NCBI GenBank assembly: GCA_052279835.1 | Contig: CP181291.1 | Location: forward strand, 800,001 to 864,000 | Length of the DNA stretch: 64,000 bases | Direction of reading: 5' to 3' | Source: Microcoleus sp. | Lineage (GTDB): Bacteria > Cyanobacteriota > Cyanobacteriia > Cyanobacteriales > Microcoleaceae | Shown here: in pieces, positions 9,737-20,391 of the stretch | Layout: every line of letters begins with the position of its first letter | Position numbering within the stretch: the first letter of the stretch is position 1 | Notes under the pieces: model-generated | The model's database searches: none | What the model was told of the DNA's origin: nothing | What the model saw: only the letters and a program-made list of their open reading frames with translations | Translations under genes and position numbers: made by a program

Positions 9737-12148
9737 CTATACCTTACTCATCGCAGAAACACAATTTGAACCAGAGGTACTGACATCGATCGGAATCTGC
9801 ACAATAAACTCTGTCCCCTCACCAGGCGCAGAAATACAACTAATTTGACCTCGATGTTTTTCCACTACAATATTGTGACAAATAGATAACCCTAAACCTA
9901 TACCACTTCCCACGGGTTTTGTAGTAAAAAACGGGTCAAATATTTTAGAACGCACTTCTTCATTCATTCCATGGCCATTATCAGAAATGCGAACCACAAT
10001 GCCATTAGAAATGGGTGAATTAGATTGCCAACTATCCATTTTTGTACTGATGGTAATTCTGCGCCGTGAGGATTTAGTTTCCAGAGCATCAATAGCATTA
10101 GCTATCAGGTTCATAAATACCTGATTTAACTGCGACGCATAACAAGTGAATTTGGGCAAGGGACTGTAGTCTTTAATTATCTCAATTTCCTTGCCATTAT
10201 TTGAACCATTGATTAGGTGTTGCAAAATCAATAAAGTATTATCAATACCTTCATGAATATCCACTAACTTGTACTCTTTTTCATCCAGGCGGGAGAAGTT
10301 TCGTAAAGACAACACAATCTTGCTAATCCGAGATGCACCCTCTTTCATCGACTTCAACAATTTTGGATAATCATCGGCGATGAAATCGGGATCGATATGA
10401 TCCAATATTTGCAGAATGTCGGCCGCTGGTTGGGGGTAATTTTTGCGGTACAATCTAACGAGATCCAGCAAATCTCGCGCATAGTCCATCGCTACAGTAA
10501 TATTGCCGTAGATGAAGTTAACGGGATTATTGATTTCGTGAGCAACCCCAGCCACTAGCTTACCTAAAGAAGCCATTTTTGCCTTTTGTACCAACTGAGA
10601 TTGAGTATTTTTAAGTTCCGTTAAGGTGTCTTCAAGTTGCTGCGCGTAGGATTGAACTTCTTCATAGATTTGGGCTTGCTTAATCGCAATTGCTACCGAG
10701 TCAGCCACTGCACACAGTAATTCTACTTCAAAAGCTTGCCAGTAGTACGATCGATTTTCTTTCACCACACAGATACTACCCCAAACTTGTGAGTCAACCT
10801 TGAGCGGTACGAATAACCATGCGCCAAGAGATAGTTGAGTTAAGCGTTGTTTAATTTCATCAGAACAAGTATTAACGTCATCAATTTTCACAATTTCTGA
10901 TTGCTTAAGCCGATCGGAAATTTCATTATTTTCTTCTGAAGTTTCTATCCCTAAACTTGTCTCTAACTGACTAGAATCATAATACTCTGATATATTGATC
11001 CATAGCTTTCTTTCTGGGAAATATTTGATAATAGCAACACGGTCTCCCCCTAGGCTAAGGGCAATCTCGCGGACAGCGGTAGCAAAAATAGTATTTAAAT
11101 TCAGAGAACTGCGGATAGATTGAGTTAAGTGATTCAGTAATTGCTCTTTTTGAAATTGCTGTTTCAATCTTTCTTCTGCTAGCTTTCGCTGAAGTATTGA
11201 ACCTAGTTGAGTTGCGAGAGCTTTCATCAATTCCATGATGCGGATTTGACACAAAATGGCTGTTGTATTGAAAAAGCTTAAAATCGCAATTACCCTATTT
11301 TCAACTAAAATTGGTACACCAAAACAGGCTTTTAAACCAGCTTTTTCCGCCATTTGATTGCGGAGAAAAATTTCATCTGGCGCTAGAGAAATATCTTCTA
11401 GCCACTCGGGTTTCTTGGAAGACCAAATTCTCCCTGGTAGTCCTACGTTGGGAGCAAATTTTATTAACAAACTTTGGCTGATATAATCGAATAAATCTGT
11501 TTTTTTGGCATAAGAGTTTTGGCTGCAATTTAAATAACTTCCATCATGACTGGGTATCCAAGCTTCTGCTAAGTCCCAATTAATGAAGTCGCAACACAAC
11601 CGCAGCATGACGGATATTGACTCTTCAAAATCCTTAGTTTCCGCCATGGCAAAGGTAGTGTTAAGCAAAAAATCGGTTTCTTCTTGGGCAACTTTTCTCT
11701 CCAGGATTTCTGATTCAAGGCTGTGATTTTGTTGTTGAATTTTCTGAAATAACCGACGTTGAATGAGTTGATTGGAAACCCGGACCAAAACCTCTTGATC
11801 GTGAAATGGTTTGGTAATATAATCTACTCCGCCGACTTCAAAAGCTTTGACTTTATCAAAAACTTCATTTAAAGCACTAATAAAAATAACGGGAATGTCT
11901 TTGGTTTTTGGCGAAGCTTTCAAGGCTTGGCAAACTTGATAGCCGTCCATGGCAGGCATCATGATATCCAGCAAAATCAAATCAGGAGGAGTTAAATCAA
12001 TGGAACGTAGAGCTAGTTGACCATTAGGGGCAGTGCGTGTTTTGTATCCTTGCTCAGATAGTATTTGAGCTAAAAGTTGCAAATTCGTGGAAATATCATC
12101 AACAATTAAAATATTTCCTTTAAAAGAATGAGGTGTCTGATGATTCAT
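9737..12148 (-). CDS. Hybrid sensor kinase REC-GAF-GAF-HisKA-HATPase
   Basis: ILIVDD, LLDIMMP, KPF receiver motifs; AHEINNP H-box; NAIDA, DNGHG and GLGLS boxes. Confidence 0.92.
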   Translation of the reverse strand: MNHQTPHSFKGNILIVDDISTNLQLLAQILSEQGYKTRTAPNGQLALRSIDLTPPDLILLDIMMPAMDGYQVCQALKASPKTKDIPVIFISALNEVFDKVKAFEVGGVDYITKPFHDQEVLVRVSNQLIQRRLFQKIQQQNHSLESEILERKVAQEETDFLLNTTFAMAETKDFEESISVMLRLCCDFINWDLAEAWIPSHDGSYLNCSQNSYAKKTDLFDYISQSLLIKFAPNVGLPGRIWSSKKPEWLEDISLAPDEIFLRNQMAEKAGLKACFGVPILVENRVIAILSFFNTTAILCQIRIMELMKALATQLGSILQRKLAEERLKQQFQKEQLLNHLTQSIRSSLNLNTIFATAVREIALSLGGDRVAIIKYFPERKLWINISEYYDSSQLETSLGIETSEENNEISDRLKQSEIVKIDDVNTCSDEIKQRLTQLSLGAWLFVPLKVDSQVWGSICVVKENRSYYWQAFEVELLCAVADSVAIAIKQAQIYEEVQSYAQQLEDTLTELKNTQSQLVQKAKMASLGKLVAGVAHEINNPVNFIYGNITVAMDYARDLLDLVRLYRKNYPQPAADILQILDHIDPDFIADDYPKLLKSMKEGASRISKIVLSLRNFSRLDEKEYKLVDIHEGIDNTLLILQHLINGSNNGKEIEIIKDYSPLPKFTCYASQLNQVFMNLIANAIDALETKSSRRRITISTKMDSWQSNSPISNGIVVRISDNGHGMNEEVRSKIFDPFFTTKPVGSGIGLGLSICHNIVVEKHRGQISCISAPGEGTEFIVQIPIDVSTSGSNCVSAMSKV

Positions 12149-12154
12149 GCCTAA

Positions 12155-15100
12155 TTATATGTCTGGCTTGATCAGATCTAGTATTTGATTGAACAGAAAT
12201 TCGTTAGCTAAAGCTGTAAGAGCGTTGGCTAAAGATTCATGACGATCGCGAATTTGCTCAATTTGAGTGAGAATTAACTCTAGATCGCACTCAATTGTAG
12301 CTTGTTCTAAGGACACCAGCCAATCCGCAGGCAAACCCGCCAGAGCTTCAGGAGTCAAAGCTTCGGTTTGATTTGATTCCTGTGTATTCTGAGGTTCATC
12401 GTAAATGTAACGCACTCCTAGATGTTTGTGAAGGGCATCAAAGATTTCTGCTTCTCGAAACGGTTTGCGGATAAAGTCATCGTAATCATCAGAGAGAACC
12501 ATGGTTCGCCCTTTCTCCGCAGTGCTAGCACTCACCGCCACAATGGCGGTAGCTTGACCTTTAACGTTAGCTTTAATACGTTTTGTCGCCTCATACCCAT
12601 CCATGATGGGCATCCGCATATCCATGAAGATTAAGTGGGGTTCAAAACTCGACCATACTTCAATGGCTTCTATGCCATTACTAGCTTCTTGAAGTTCAAA
12701 CTCAAAACGGTTGAGCATTTTGACTAGGAGTTCGCGCAAATCTGCTCGATCGTCCACAATCAGAATACGATAAGTGGGCTGGTTGGGTTCCAGACCAATG
12801 ACTTGACGAGATAGCTGTTTGGGTTTAACGGTACTAGCATCAACCACTGTTACTGGGATATCGAAGGTGAAAGTAGTACCGCATCCGACTTGACTGCGCA
12901 CTGCAATTTGACCCCCCATGAGTTTGACAAACTGTTGGCTAATCGCCAATCCTAAACCCGTTCCCTGCTGGTAAGATGCCCCTGTTTGGGTTTGTACAAA
13001 GGCTTGAAACAGTTTGTCTAGCTCATCAGGAGCCATACCACAGCCAGTGTCTTCTATTTCAAAATGTAATTGGTGATTGGGCAACCCCCCCCTCGCCCCC
13101 CCCAAGGGGGGATTGGGTGATGGGGGATTGGGTGATGGGGGATTGGGCAACCCCCCCCTGGCCTCCCAACCCCCCCCTGCCCCCCCCAAGGGGGGAATGG
13201 ATGATGGGGGAATGGGTGATGGGGAATTGGGTGATGGGGGATTGGGTGATGGGGAATTGGGCAACCCCCCCCTGGCCTCCCAACCCCCCCCTGCCCCCCC
13301 CAAGGGGGGAATGGATGATGGGGGAATGGGTGATGGGGAATTGGGTGATGGGGGATTGGGCAACCCGCTACCTCCCTCTCGCCCGTCCCTTGGAGGGAAT
13401 GGGGGAAGGAATTGCTGATTTTCATTGCTGAAAACTGAACTTATTCTGAGAGAAATTCCTCCTTCTTTCGTAAACTTCATGGCGTTAGAAAGCAGATTAA
13501 TTAAAACTTGGCGCAACTTGACTTCATCAGCTCGTAGGTATGGAGGGACATTACTAGAACAGTCAAAGATTAACTGCAATTGTTTTTCCTGAGCCTGAAG
13601 TTGGAACATCTCTTCAACTTCGTTCAACAAGCTCTTTAATTCAAACTCTATGGGATTCAGGGTAATGCGCCCTACTTCTATTTTTGCTAAATCTAATACT
13701 TGATTAATCAGAGTCAGGAGGTGTTCTCCGCTGCGGTTGATGATGCGGAGATTTTCTTGATCTTGGAGATTGAGATTGGTAGAGTGTTGCATCAATTGGG
13801 AGAAGCCAAGAATGGCGTTGAGGGGTGTACGCAATTCGTGACTCATATTTGCCAAGAAAGTGCTTTTTGCGCGGTTAGCGGCTTCTGCTGCGAGGGCAGC
13901 TTCTTGGAGTTGTATTGCCTGTTTTTGAGTAGCGTCGAGTAATTGAGCTTGTTGCAGCGCAACTCCAAGTTGAGTGCTAATTTGCAGCGCAATATGGATT
14001 TCTGCTTTGCGCCAAGTGCGGGGCATGGAATTTTGATAACTGGCGAGTAAACCCCAAATTTGACTGCCACAAAAGATGGGAACAATTAAATAGGCTCTGG
14101 CTTGAAACCGCTCTAAAAGTTCGAGGTAACAAGGAGTAAACCCAGCTTGGTAAATATCTTCTATTGCGCGGTAAAGAACGCCTTGACTGTACAAACTGTC
14201 TTTATTTTGTTGTATGTATGTATCAAGGACTTGTTCGCCAGAGGGTTGGAAGGTTTTTGCTTGACAATTAGGGTCTTCGATGATATTACCCGATAAATTA
14301 GCAGTTTCCGATCGCTCCAGCAGAGGTATCCAATCCTTCCCCACAGACTCGGCAACAAATTCCCCACTCCAATCAGGATTAAAGCGATAGATACCAACAC
14401 GATCGCATTTGAGGATTTCTCGCAGTTCAGAGGTGGTGGTATTAAATATCGTGTCAATATCTAAGGACTGGCGCATTCGTTCGATGGAGCGAGCGAGGGC
14501 TTGTTCCCGTTCTATGCTATCTTGCAAGGCTTCTTCTGCCTGCTTGCGATCGCTAATATCCAAGACAGTACCAAACAAACGGACTAACTGCCCTTTTTCA
14601 TCAAAAACAGGTTCGCCTCTGACTTCAATATAAGAGATCGATCCATCTTTTTGACGCAGCCGCAAATCTGTTTCAAAGGCTAGTCCAGTGAGAGCTTTTT
14701 TGTTAACCAGTTTGAGATAGCGATGGCGATCTTGAGGATGAATAAATTTGACTAATTCATCCGATTCTAGTGGGGGTTGACTGGGGTCAATTTTGTGAAT
14801 GTGATAAAGTTCTTCACTCCAAATAGTTGTTTTTGTGGTCAAATCGTATTCCCAAGTGCCAATATGAGCAATTTTTTGAGCTTCCAGCAAGTTAGCTTCG
14901 ACCCGTTTGCGATCGCTAATGTCACGAGCCACCCACACCACAGAACGATTTGGGAGTGGCGAAATACTAGCTGAAAACCAAACTTCTTGCTGATTAAGGC
15001 GTAGACTATAATCAAAATTAACAGTTTTTTGGGTAGCCAACGCCTCTAGAACTTTAGCAAACCAAACATCTTCGTTTTCTTCTTGAAAAAAATTGAGCAC

Positions 15101-15856
15101 TATTAAATAAAACTCATTCAGATCGCAGGCGTAAAAGCTAGTCGCCTTCGTCGGTATAATTTGTAAATTTTTTTGTTCATCCAGAATCAGTACAATATCG
15201 GCAATGGAGTCGAAGATGGTATTAATTTGCTGAGTAGAACTATCCAGTTTACCTTCTAGTAATTGACGGTCTCTCATTTCAGTTTGTAATTGTTCGTGAG
15301 TACGAGCTAATGCTGTGCTACGTTCAATGACTTCGGCTTCTAGAGTCCGATTGTAGTCACTCAATATTTTTTCACTTTGTTTGCGTTCAGTAATATCAGT
15401 AAAAGCAACGATCGCATAGCTGATATGTCCTGATTCATCAAAAATTGGTCGAGCACGTACCTCAAAGGAATTAATATTTCCATCTCGATGAATTTCTATA
15501 TCGTCAAGATATACTGTTTCGCCCTTGAGCGCTCGTACAACTGGTAGTTGTTCCTGGGGACATAGCTGGTTTTGACGATATATTTGATAAGCTTGGGCAA
15601 GATTTTCGGTAGTGCTATTAGGGATATTTACGATACCGAGGGCATCCTGGGCTATTTGATTGAGGTATATACATTTGCCCGTGGCATCATGGATAGCTAC
15701 CCCCACAGGCATACTTTCAATAAATTGTTTGAGTTGGCTCTCACTCAGCCCTAAAGCTTGATTTACAGAGTCGATTTCTGCAAAAGAATTTTGCATTTTG
15801 GATGTCATTACATTGAAGGAATTTGCTAGTTCTGTCACGGCATCATTAGCATCCAT
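12155..15856 (-). CDS. Hybrid sensor kinase PAS-PAS-PAS-GAF(CBCR)-HisKA-HATPase-REC with a repeat insertion
   Basis: SHELRTPLN, NAMKFT, DTGCG and GTGLGL boxes; FMDMRMP receiver; GAF with DTY and TPCY motifs. Confidence 0.92.
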   Translation of the reverse strand: MDANDAVTELANSFNVMTSKMQNSFAEIDSVNQALGLSESQLKQFIESMPVGVAIHDATGKCIYLNQIAQDALGIVNIPNSTTENLAQAYQIYRQNQLCPQEQLPVVRALKGETVYLDDIEIHRDGNINSFEVRARPIFDESGHISYAIVAFTDITERKQSEKILSDYNRTLEAEVIERSTALARTHEQLQTEMRDRQLLEGKLDSSTQQINTIFDSIADIVLILDEQKNLQIIPTKATSFYACDLNEFYLIVLNFFQEENEDVWFAKVLEALATQKTVNFDYSLRLNQQEVWFSASISPLPNRSVVWVARDISDRKRVEANLLEAQKIAHIGTWEYDLTTKTTIWSEELYHIHKIDPSQPPLESDELVKFIHPQDRHRYLKLVNKKALTGLAFETDLRLRQKDGSISYIEVRGEPVFDEKGQLVRLFGTVLDISDRKQAEEALQDSIEREQALARSIERMRQSLDIDTIFNTTTSELREILKCDRVGIYRFNPDWSGEFVAESVGKDWIPLLERSETANLSGNIIEDPNCQAKTFQPSGEQVLDTYIQQNKDSLYSQGVLYRAIEDIYQAGFTPCYLELLERFQARAYLIVPIFCGSQIWGLLASYQNSMPRTWRKAEIHIALQISTQLGVALQQAQLLDATQKQAIQLQEAALAAEAANRAKSTFLANMSHELRTPLNAILGFSQLMQHSTNLNLQDQENLRIINRSGEHLLTLINQVLDLAKIEVGRITLNPIEFELKSLLNEVEEMFQLQAQEKQLQLIFDCSSNVPPYLRADEVKLRQVLINLLSNAMKFTKEGGISLRISSVFSNENQQFLPPFPPRDGREGGSGLPNPPSPNSPSPIPPSSIPPLGGAGGGWEARGGLPNSPSPNPPSPNSPSPIPPSSIPPLGGAGGGWEARGGLPNPPSPNPPSPNPPLGGARGGLPNHQLHFEIEDTGCGMAPDELDKLFQAFVQTQTGASYQQGTGLGLAISQQFVKLMGGQIAVRSQVGCGTTFTFDIPVTVVDASTVKPKQLSRQVIGLEPNQPTYRILIVDDRADLRELLVKMLNRFEFELQEASNGIEAIEVWSSFEPHLIFMDMRMPIMDGYEATKRIKANVKGQATAIVAVSASTAEKGRTMVLSDDYDDFIRKPFREAEIFDALHKHLGVRYIYDEPQNTQESNQTEALTPEALAGLPADWLVSLEQATIECDLELILTQIEQIRDRHESLANALTALANEFLFNQILDLIKPDI
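13070..13415. repeat. In-frame composite GC-rich repeat array inside the HATPase domain
   Basis: 15-bp TGGGTGATGGGG(G/A)AT units, CCCCCCAAGGGGGG palindromes and a 114-bp (38 aa) tandem duplication. Confidence 0.9.
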
Positions 15857-15916
15857 TGGTCAAATTTTCTCCGCTTGACTTTTGGGAATATGTTGAAAAT
15901 AATTATATAGGCAAAA

Positions 15917-15945
15917 TCTAGATGGATTTTGGTAATCCATCTAGA
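15917..15945. terminator. Hairpin between the two co-oriented kinase genes
   Basis: TCTAGATGGATT...AATCCATCTAGA perfect 12-bp stem. Confidence 0.45.
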
Positions 15946-15996
15946 GCAGTTACACGGAGAAAATTTAGTGAAAGGCAGACCCTGGTAACAACTAAG

Positions 15997-18900
15997 CTAC
16001 TGAAAATCGTTTTGATTCAAACCTGCTAATTTGGCTAAAACTGCCACGAATTGAGCGGGTTCGATGGGCTTGGTTAAGTGTTCGTCATAGCCGGCGGCGA
16101 TCGCCAAGGCGCGGTCTTCATCCCTAGCATAGGCCGTTAGGGCGATAGCTGGCAAGCGCTTGGTGAGAGCAGATGGGGACGATCGAATTTTGCGGATCAG
16201 AGAGTAACCATCCTCGATCGGCATACCGATGTCACTCACCAATATATCCGGCTGGAACTTGCCTAAAATCTTGATCGCCTCCGCCACCGAACCAGCCGCG
16301 ATCGCCACGGAACCCCATTCCGAAAGCATCACAGTCAAAAGTTCGCGATTGTCAGGTTCATCATCCACCACCAAAACCTTCAAACCAGCCAGAATTCCAG
16401 GACGCAAAAACGGGGAATTCCTGTCCCCTCTCAACTGTGACTTCTGACTTTTCGGCTGTTTGAGTGGTAGTTTCACCGTAAATGTAGCACCTAGATCTAG
16501 ACCGGGACTTTCGGCTGTGACACTCCCGCCGTGGAGTTCCACCAAGTGACGGACGATGGCCAATCCCAGTCCCAAACCATTATTAGCCCTAGTAATTGAG
16601 CCGTCAGCTTGGCGGAAGCGATCGAACACATGGGGCAGAAACTCAGCAGAAATGCCCTTTCCGGTGTCGGTGACTTGAATTTGCAGGTAATTAGTCATGG
16701 GTAGCGGCGAAAGTGCGGCAACTTCGCCTTCCCCTGTCAAATTCGCAATGGAACCTCCCAACTCCCTGGACAAGCGCAATTCCACAGTGCCACCCGACGG
16801 TGTAAACTTCACGGCATTGGTCAGCAAATTCGATATTATTTGCTGCAACCTGTGAGGATCTCCCCAGATCAATCCGAGTGCGGGGTCAAGTTGTGAGTTG
16901 AGGTTGACAGACTTGGCCTGGGCGTCAAAACTGACTAAATTCATCGCCACGTCGATCGTCTTGACTATATCTAACCAGCCAGTTTTCAGAGACAGCTTAC
17001 CTTGAATGATCCGGGAAACGTCGAGCAAATCTTCCACCAAATGGGTCTGTACCCTTCCCTGACGCTCGATCGCTTCCAGGGCACGGGCTAAGGTGGCTGC
17101 ATTATAGGTGCGAGTGCGAAGCACCTGAGCCCAACCCAGAATCGCATTTAAAGGAGTCCTCAGTTCGTGGGAAAGAGTCGCTAAAAACTCGTCTTTGAGG
17201 CGGTTGATGGCTTCGGCTTCGGCCCGCGCGGCCCGTTCGCGTTGCAGTAATTCGGTGCGTTCTGCCTCGGCTTGTTTGCGATCGCTGATATCAGCGACGA
17301 TCGACATACAATTAATATTGCCCTTGCCATCATCTATGGGAGTTGCCCACAAACTGATATCGATCTGTGTACCGTCTTTCCTTTGGCGCTTAGTTTCCAC
17401 TCCGGCGATCGCATTTCCTTGCCGAATGCCTTTCAACTTAGCGGTAAATTCGTCCCGTTTATTGGCAGGAACATTGGGCAAAAAGTGACCGATTGCCTCT
17501 GATTCCTTCCAACCAAAAATTCTTTCGGCCGCTGGATTCCACAGTGTTACCACACCATCTTCGGAGTTGAAAACGGTAATTGCCAGAGGACAGGCATGAA
17601 CCAAGGCTTCTAAAGTTTGATTGATTGCCGATCGCGCTGCTTCTGCTTGTTTGCGAGCGCTAATGTCGAGAACAAAGAACGAACCTTTGTCTTGGCATCC
17701 TTGGAAATGTGCCGCACCGATCAAAACTGGCAAGTGCGTGCCATCTTTGCGGATGTAGGATTTTTCAAAAGGCGTGCAACTCCCGAAGGCTGAGATTTGC
17801 TCCAAGGCTATGCGATCGAGATAGGCCTGTTCTGGTGGCGTAATTTGCGACCAATACAGGTTTCCCGAAACCAAGTCTTCCCTGGTATATCCAAGCATAT
17901 TTAGCAAGGCATCATTAGCTTCAGTAATTGCGCCTTCTCTATCCCAAAAACCGATACCGATCATGTTTGATTCTACGACACTGCGGAAGCGTATTTCGCT
18001 TTCTCGCAAAGCTATTTCTGTCTGTTTAGCTACAGTAATATCTGTGAGAATTATGCCAGCTCCTATGGTTTCTCCATTTTCATTTTTCACGGGATAGTAA
18101 TTACCTACCCAATGGCCAAAAACACCCATTTCTCCCTTAGATTCTCCGCTAATCTCGACGTTCAAAATTGGCTCGCCAGTATCTATAACCTGCTGAATTA
18201 TCCAGGCAAATTGGGCTGCCGATTCTGGCAAAAGTTGGCGGAAGTCTTGACCCAAATGTTGTTCGGCTGACAAGCCGTTGAGTTCTGCTAAGACTTGATT
18301 GATGCGGATGTAGCGCATTTGGCGATCCAAAAAACAAATCCCCAAAGGAGATGCTTCCAATAGCGAGTCAATTAAGGCAAAGGATTCGGATGTTTGAGCC
18401 AGTGCTTGCTGGGCTTCTGCATAAAGTCTGGCATTATCAAGACCTAGGGCGACGTGGTAAGCTAGGTCTTCTAGCATGGCTAAATCTGCCGAATTGTAGT
18501 GGCGATCGCACTCAGATGTAAAGCAAGTAATAGCACCGATGACTCGTCCCCGCGCCGTCATCGGTACGCAAGCTTGGGAGCCGATATTGAGCGATCGTAA
18601 TACTTCTAGTTCTGCTTCATTTCCAGATACTGTTGCTAAGATTTCTGGATTTAACTCACTAATTAATTCAGATGTTCCCGTGCGAATTACTAAGGAATAA
18701 CCATGTAAAACATGATTATCAATATTTCCCACCGTCAACAAATTCCTCCCATCCAGCCGGGAGGCTTCTGCGTGAGCAACAGCGACTAGGCGAACTTGGT
18801 CATCGGTTTCCCTCAGATGAATCCAGCAACCCTGTGCTACCATTTCCACGGCTAATTCGGCGATATTTTGCAACACAGTTTCGCCATCAAAGCTCGCAGC

Positions 18901-20391
18901 GAGCATTTTGCTGACTTCTGCTAAAAATCGCGATCGTTGTTGTTCTATTTCCGCTTTTTCCCTAGCGCTTTGTTCTATAGTCAGTTGCGCTTTTTGAACT
19001 TCTGCAACTTTCAATTCGGTGATATCTCGCGCTACAATTAAGGCATATTGAATTACACCTGCTTTATCAAATTCAGGAACTACGCGAGATTGATAAGTTC
19101 TGAGGCCGTTGGCTGAAGGTGCTTGAAATTCAATGATTGCTTCTTTACCAGATGCAAAAACTTTGTGAAGAGTTGTTTCCCAGAGTTGGCACACTTCTGG
19201 ATCTATGCCGATTTCGGCACTGGTTTTACCAATAAAAAATGAAACCGGTTGTCCTTGGCTTTTGGCTACTGCTTGATTGACATAGACATAACGCAGTTGT
19301 TTGTCAGTACGGATAATGATATCTGGCGTATTTTCTAACAGTGTTCTCAATTGCTGTTCGCTGCTGGATAAAGCTGCTTGTGTTTGTTGACGTTCTGTGA
19401 CATCTCGAACAGTCCCAACGTGTCCCATCAATTCCCCAGAGTCAGAAAACATGGGGGAGCAACTAACATTAACCCAACGGCAAATATCCGAGGAAATTTG
19501 CAGGCGATATTCCATGGCATATTCTCCACCTTCGCGGGTATAATTCTGCCACTTACTCAACACTACATCTCTGTCTTCTGGGTGAATGTAATTTTGCCAG
19601 CCATCGGCTAAAATTTCTTCAAAATTCTTGTCATAAATAGCCTGACATCGAGGGTTTACATAGGTAGTGCGACCCTGAATATCCGCCATGAAAATCCCCA
19701 CAGGCGAACAGGAACTTAAAGAGCGAAATCGTTCTTCTTGAGCTTGCAGCGCTTCCTTCGCTACTGTCAATTCTGCCGTTCGCTGTTTGACTCTAGTTTC
19801 TAGCTCACTGTAGGATAAAGCTAAGGCTATTTCTGCTTGCTGACAGTCAGTAATATCGATACCAGTGGCAAGGACATATTCTACCAAGCCGTTGCCATCA
19901 ACAATGACTGTATTTGACCAATTAATTAAGCGCCTCTCACCATTTTTTGTGAGCCAATAGTTAGTATACTTACTAACAAAGTTTTCTGTTTTTAGTTGGT
20001 TGAAAATATTTTTAACAGGCTCTAATTCTTCGGAAACCAAGAATAAATCCCAAACAAATTTATTTTTGACCTCAGCAAAGGAGTAGCCTGTGGTTTTTTC
20101 GCAAACTTCGTTAAAACGGACGATCCGTCCTTCCTTGTCCAAAACTACAATCAAACAGGCGGCTACGCTAATGACTTGGGCAATAATATCTCGTTCTGTT
20201 TGTAGTTCTTTTTCTGTGGACTTGAGACCAGCATACCAAGCCGCGACCATTGCAGTGAGCAAAAATAAGATCGCAGAAGTTGCCTTAAATGTCAACAGTA
20301 ACAAAATAGTCAGCAGTAATGCAGTGCTGGTGGCAAATCCAGCAATTTTGTAAGGTTTAATTGGTAGAGGTGATACCTGAAGCGGACTCAT
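15997..20391 (-). CDS. Membrane-anchored multi-PAS/GAF hybrid histidine kinase
   Basis: N-terminal TM segments, several PAS/PAC repeats (D.T.R motifs), GAF, SHELRTPLN, NAVKFT, C-terminal receiver (VSDIGMP). Confidence 0.92.
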   Translation of the reverse strand: MSPLQVSPLPIKPYKIAGFATSTALLLTILLLLTFKATSAILFLLTAMVAAWYAGLKSTEKELQTERDIIAQVISVAACLIVVLDKEGRIVRFNEVCEKTTGYSFAEVKNKFVWDLFLVSEELEPVKNIFNQLKTENFVSKYTNYWLTKNGERRLINWSNTVIVDGNGLVEYVLATGIDITDCQQAEIALALSYSELETRVKQRTAELTVAKEALQAQEERFRSLSSCSPVGIFMADIQGRTTYVNPRCQAIYDKNFEEILADGWQNYIHPEDRDVVLSKWQNYTREGGEYAMEYRLQISSDICRWVNVSCSPMFSDSGELMGHVGTVRDVTERQQTQAALSSSEQQLRTLLENTPDIIIRTDKQLRYVYVNQAVAKSQGQPVSFFIGKTSAEIGIDPEVCQLWETTLHKVFASGKEAIIEFQAPSANGLRTYQSRVVPEFDKAGVIQYALIVARDITELKVAEVQKAQLTIEQSAREKAEIEQQRSRFLAEVSKMLAASFDGETVLQNIAELAVEMVAQGCWIHLRETDDQVRLVAVAHAEASRLDGRNLLTVGNIDNHVLHGYSLVIRTGTSELISELNPEILATVSGNEAELEVLRSLNIGSQACVPMTARGRVIGAITCFTSECDRHYNSADLAMLEDLAYHVALGLDNARLYAEAQQALAQTSESFALIDSLLEASPLGICFLDRQMRYIRINQVLAELNGLSAEQHLGQDFRQLLPESAAQFAWIIQQVIDTGEPILNVEISGESKGEMGVFGHWVGNYYPVKNENGETIGAGIILTDITVAKQTEIALRESEIRFRSVVESNMIGIGFWDREGAITEANDALLNMLGYTREDLVSGNLYWSQITPPEQAYLDRIALEQISAFGSCTPFEKSYIRKDGTHLPVLIGAAHFQGCQDKGSFFVLDISARKQAEAARSAINQTLEALVHACPLAITVFNSEDGVVTLWNPAAERIFGWKESEAIGHFLPNVPANKRDEFTAKLKGIRQGNAIAGVETKRQRKDGTQIDISLWATPIDDGKGNINCMSIVADISDRKQAEAERTELLQRERAARAEAEAINRLKDEFLATLSHELRTPLNAILGWAQVLRTRTYNAATLARALEAIERQGRVQTHLVEDLLDVSRIIQGKLSLKTGWLDIVKTIDVAMNLVSFDAQAKSVNLNSQLDPALGLIWGDPHRLQQIISNLLTNAVKFTPSGGTVELRLSRELGGSIANLTGEGEVAALSPLPMTNYLQIQVTDTGKGISAEFLPHVFDRFRQADGSITRANNGLGLGLAIVRHLVELHGGSVTAESPGLDLGATFTVKLPLKQPKSQKSQLRGDRNSPFLRPGILAGLKVLVVDDEPDNRELLTVMLSEWGSVAIAAGSVAEAIKILGKFQPDILVSDIGMPIEDGYSLIRKIRSSPSALTKRLPAIALTAYARDEDRALAIAAGYDEHLTKPIEPAQFVAVLAKLAGLNQNDFQ

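Noticed and set aside
13070..13415. Possible CRISPR array
   Set aside because: Tandem low-complexity units without unique spacers; no cas genes in the window
12976..13431. Several overlapping Pro/Gly/Trp-rich ORFs on both strands
   Set aside because: Alternative readings of the repeat insert inside the kinase gene
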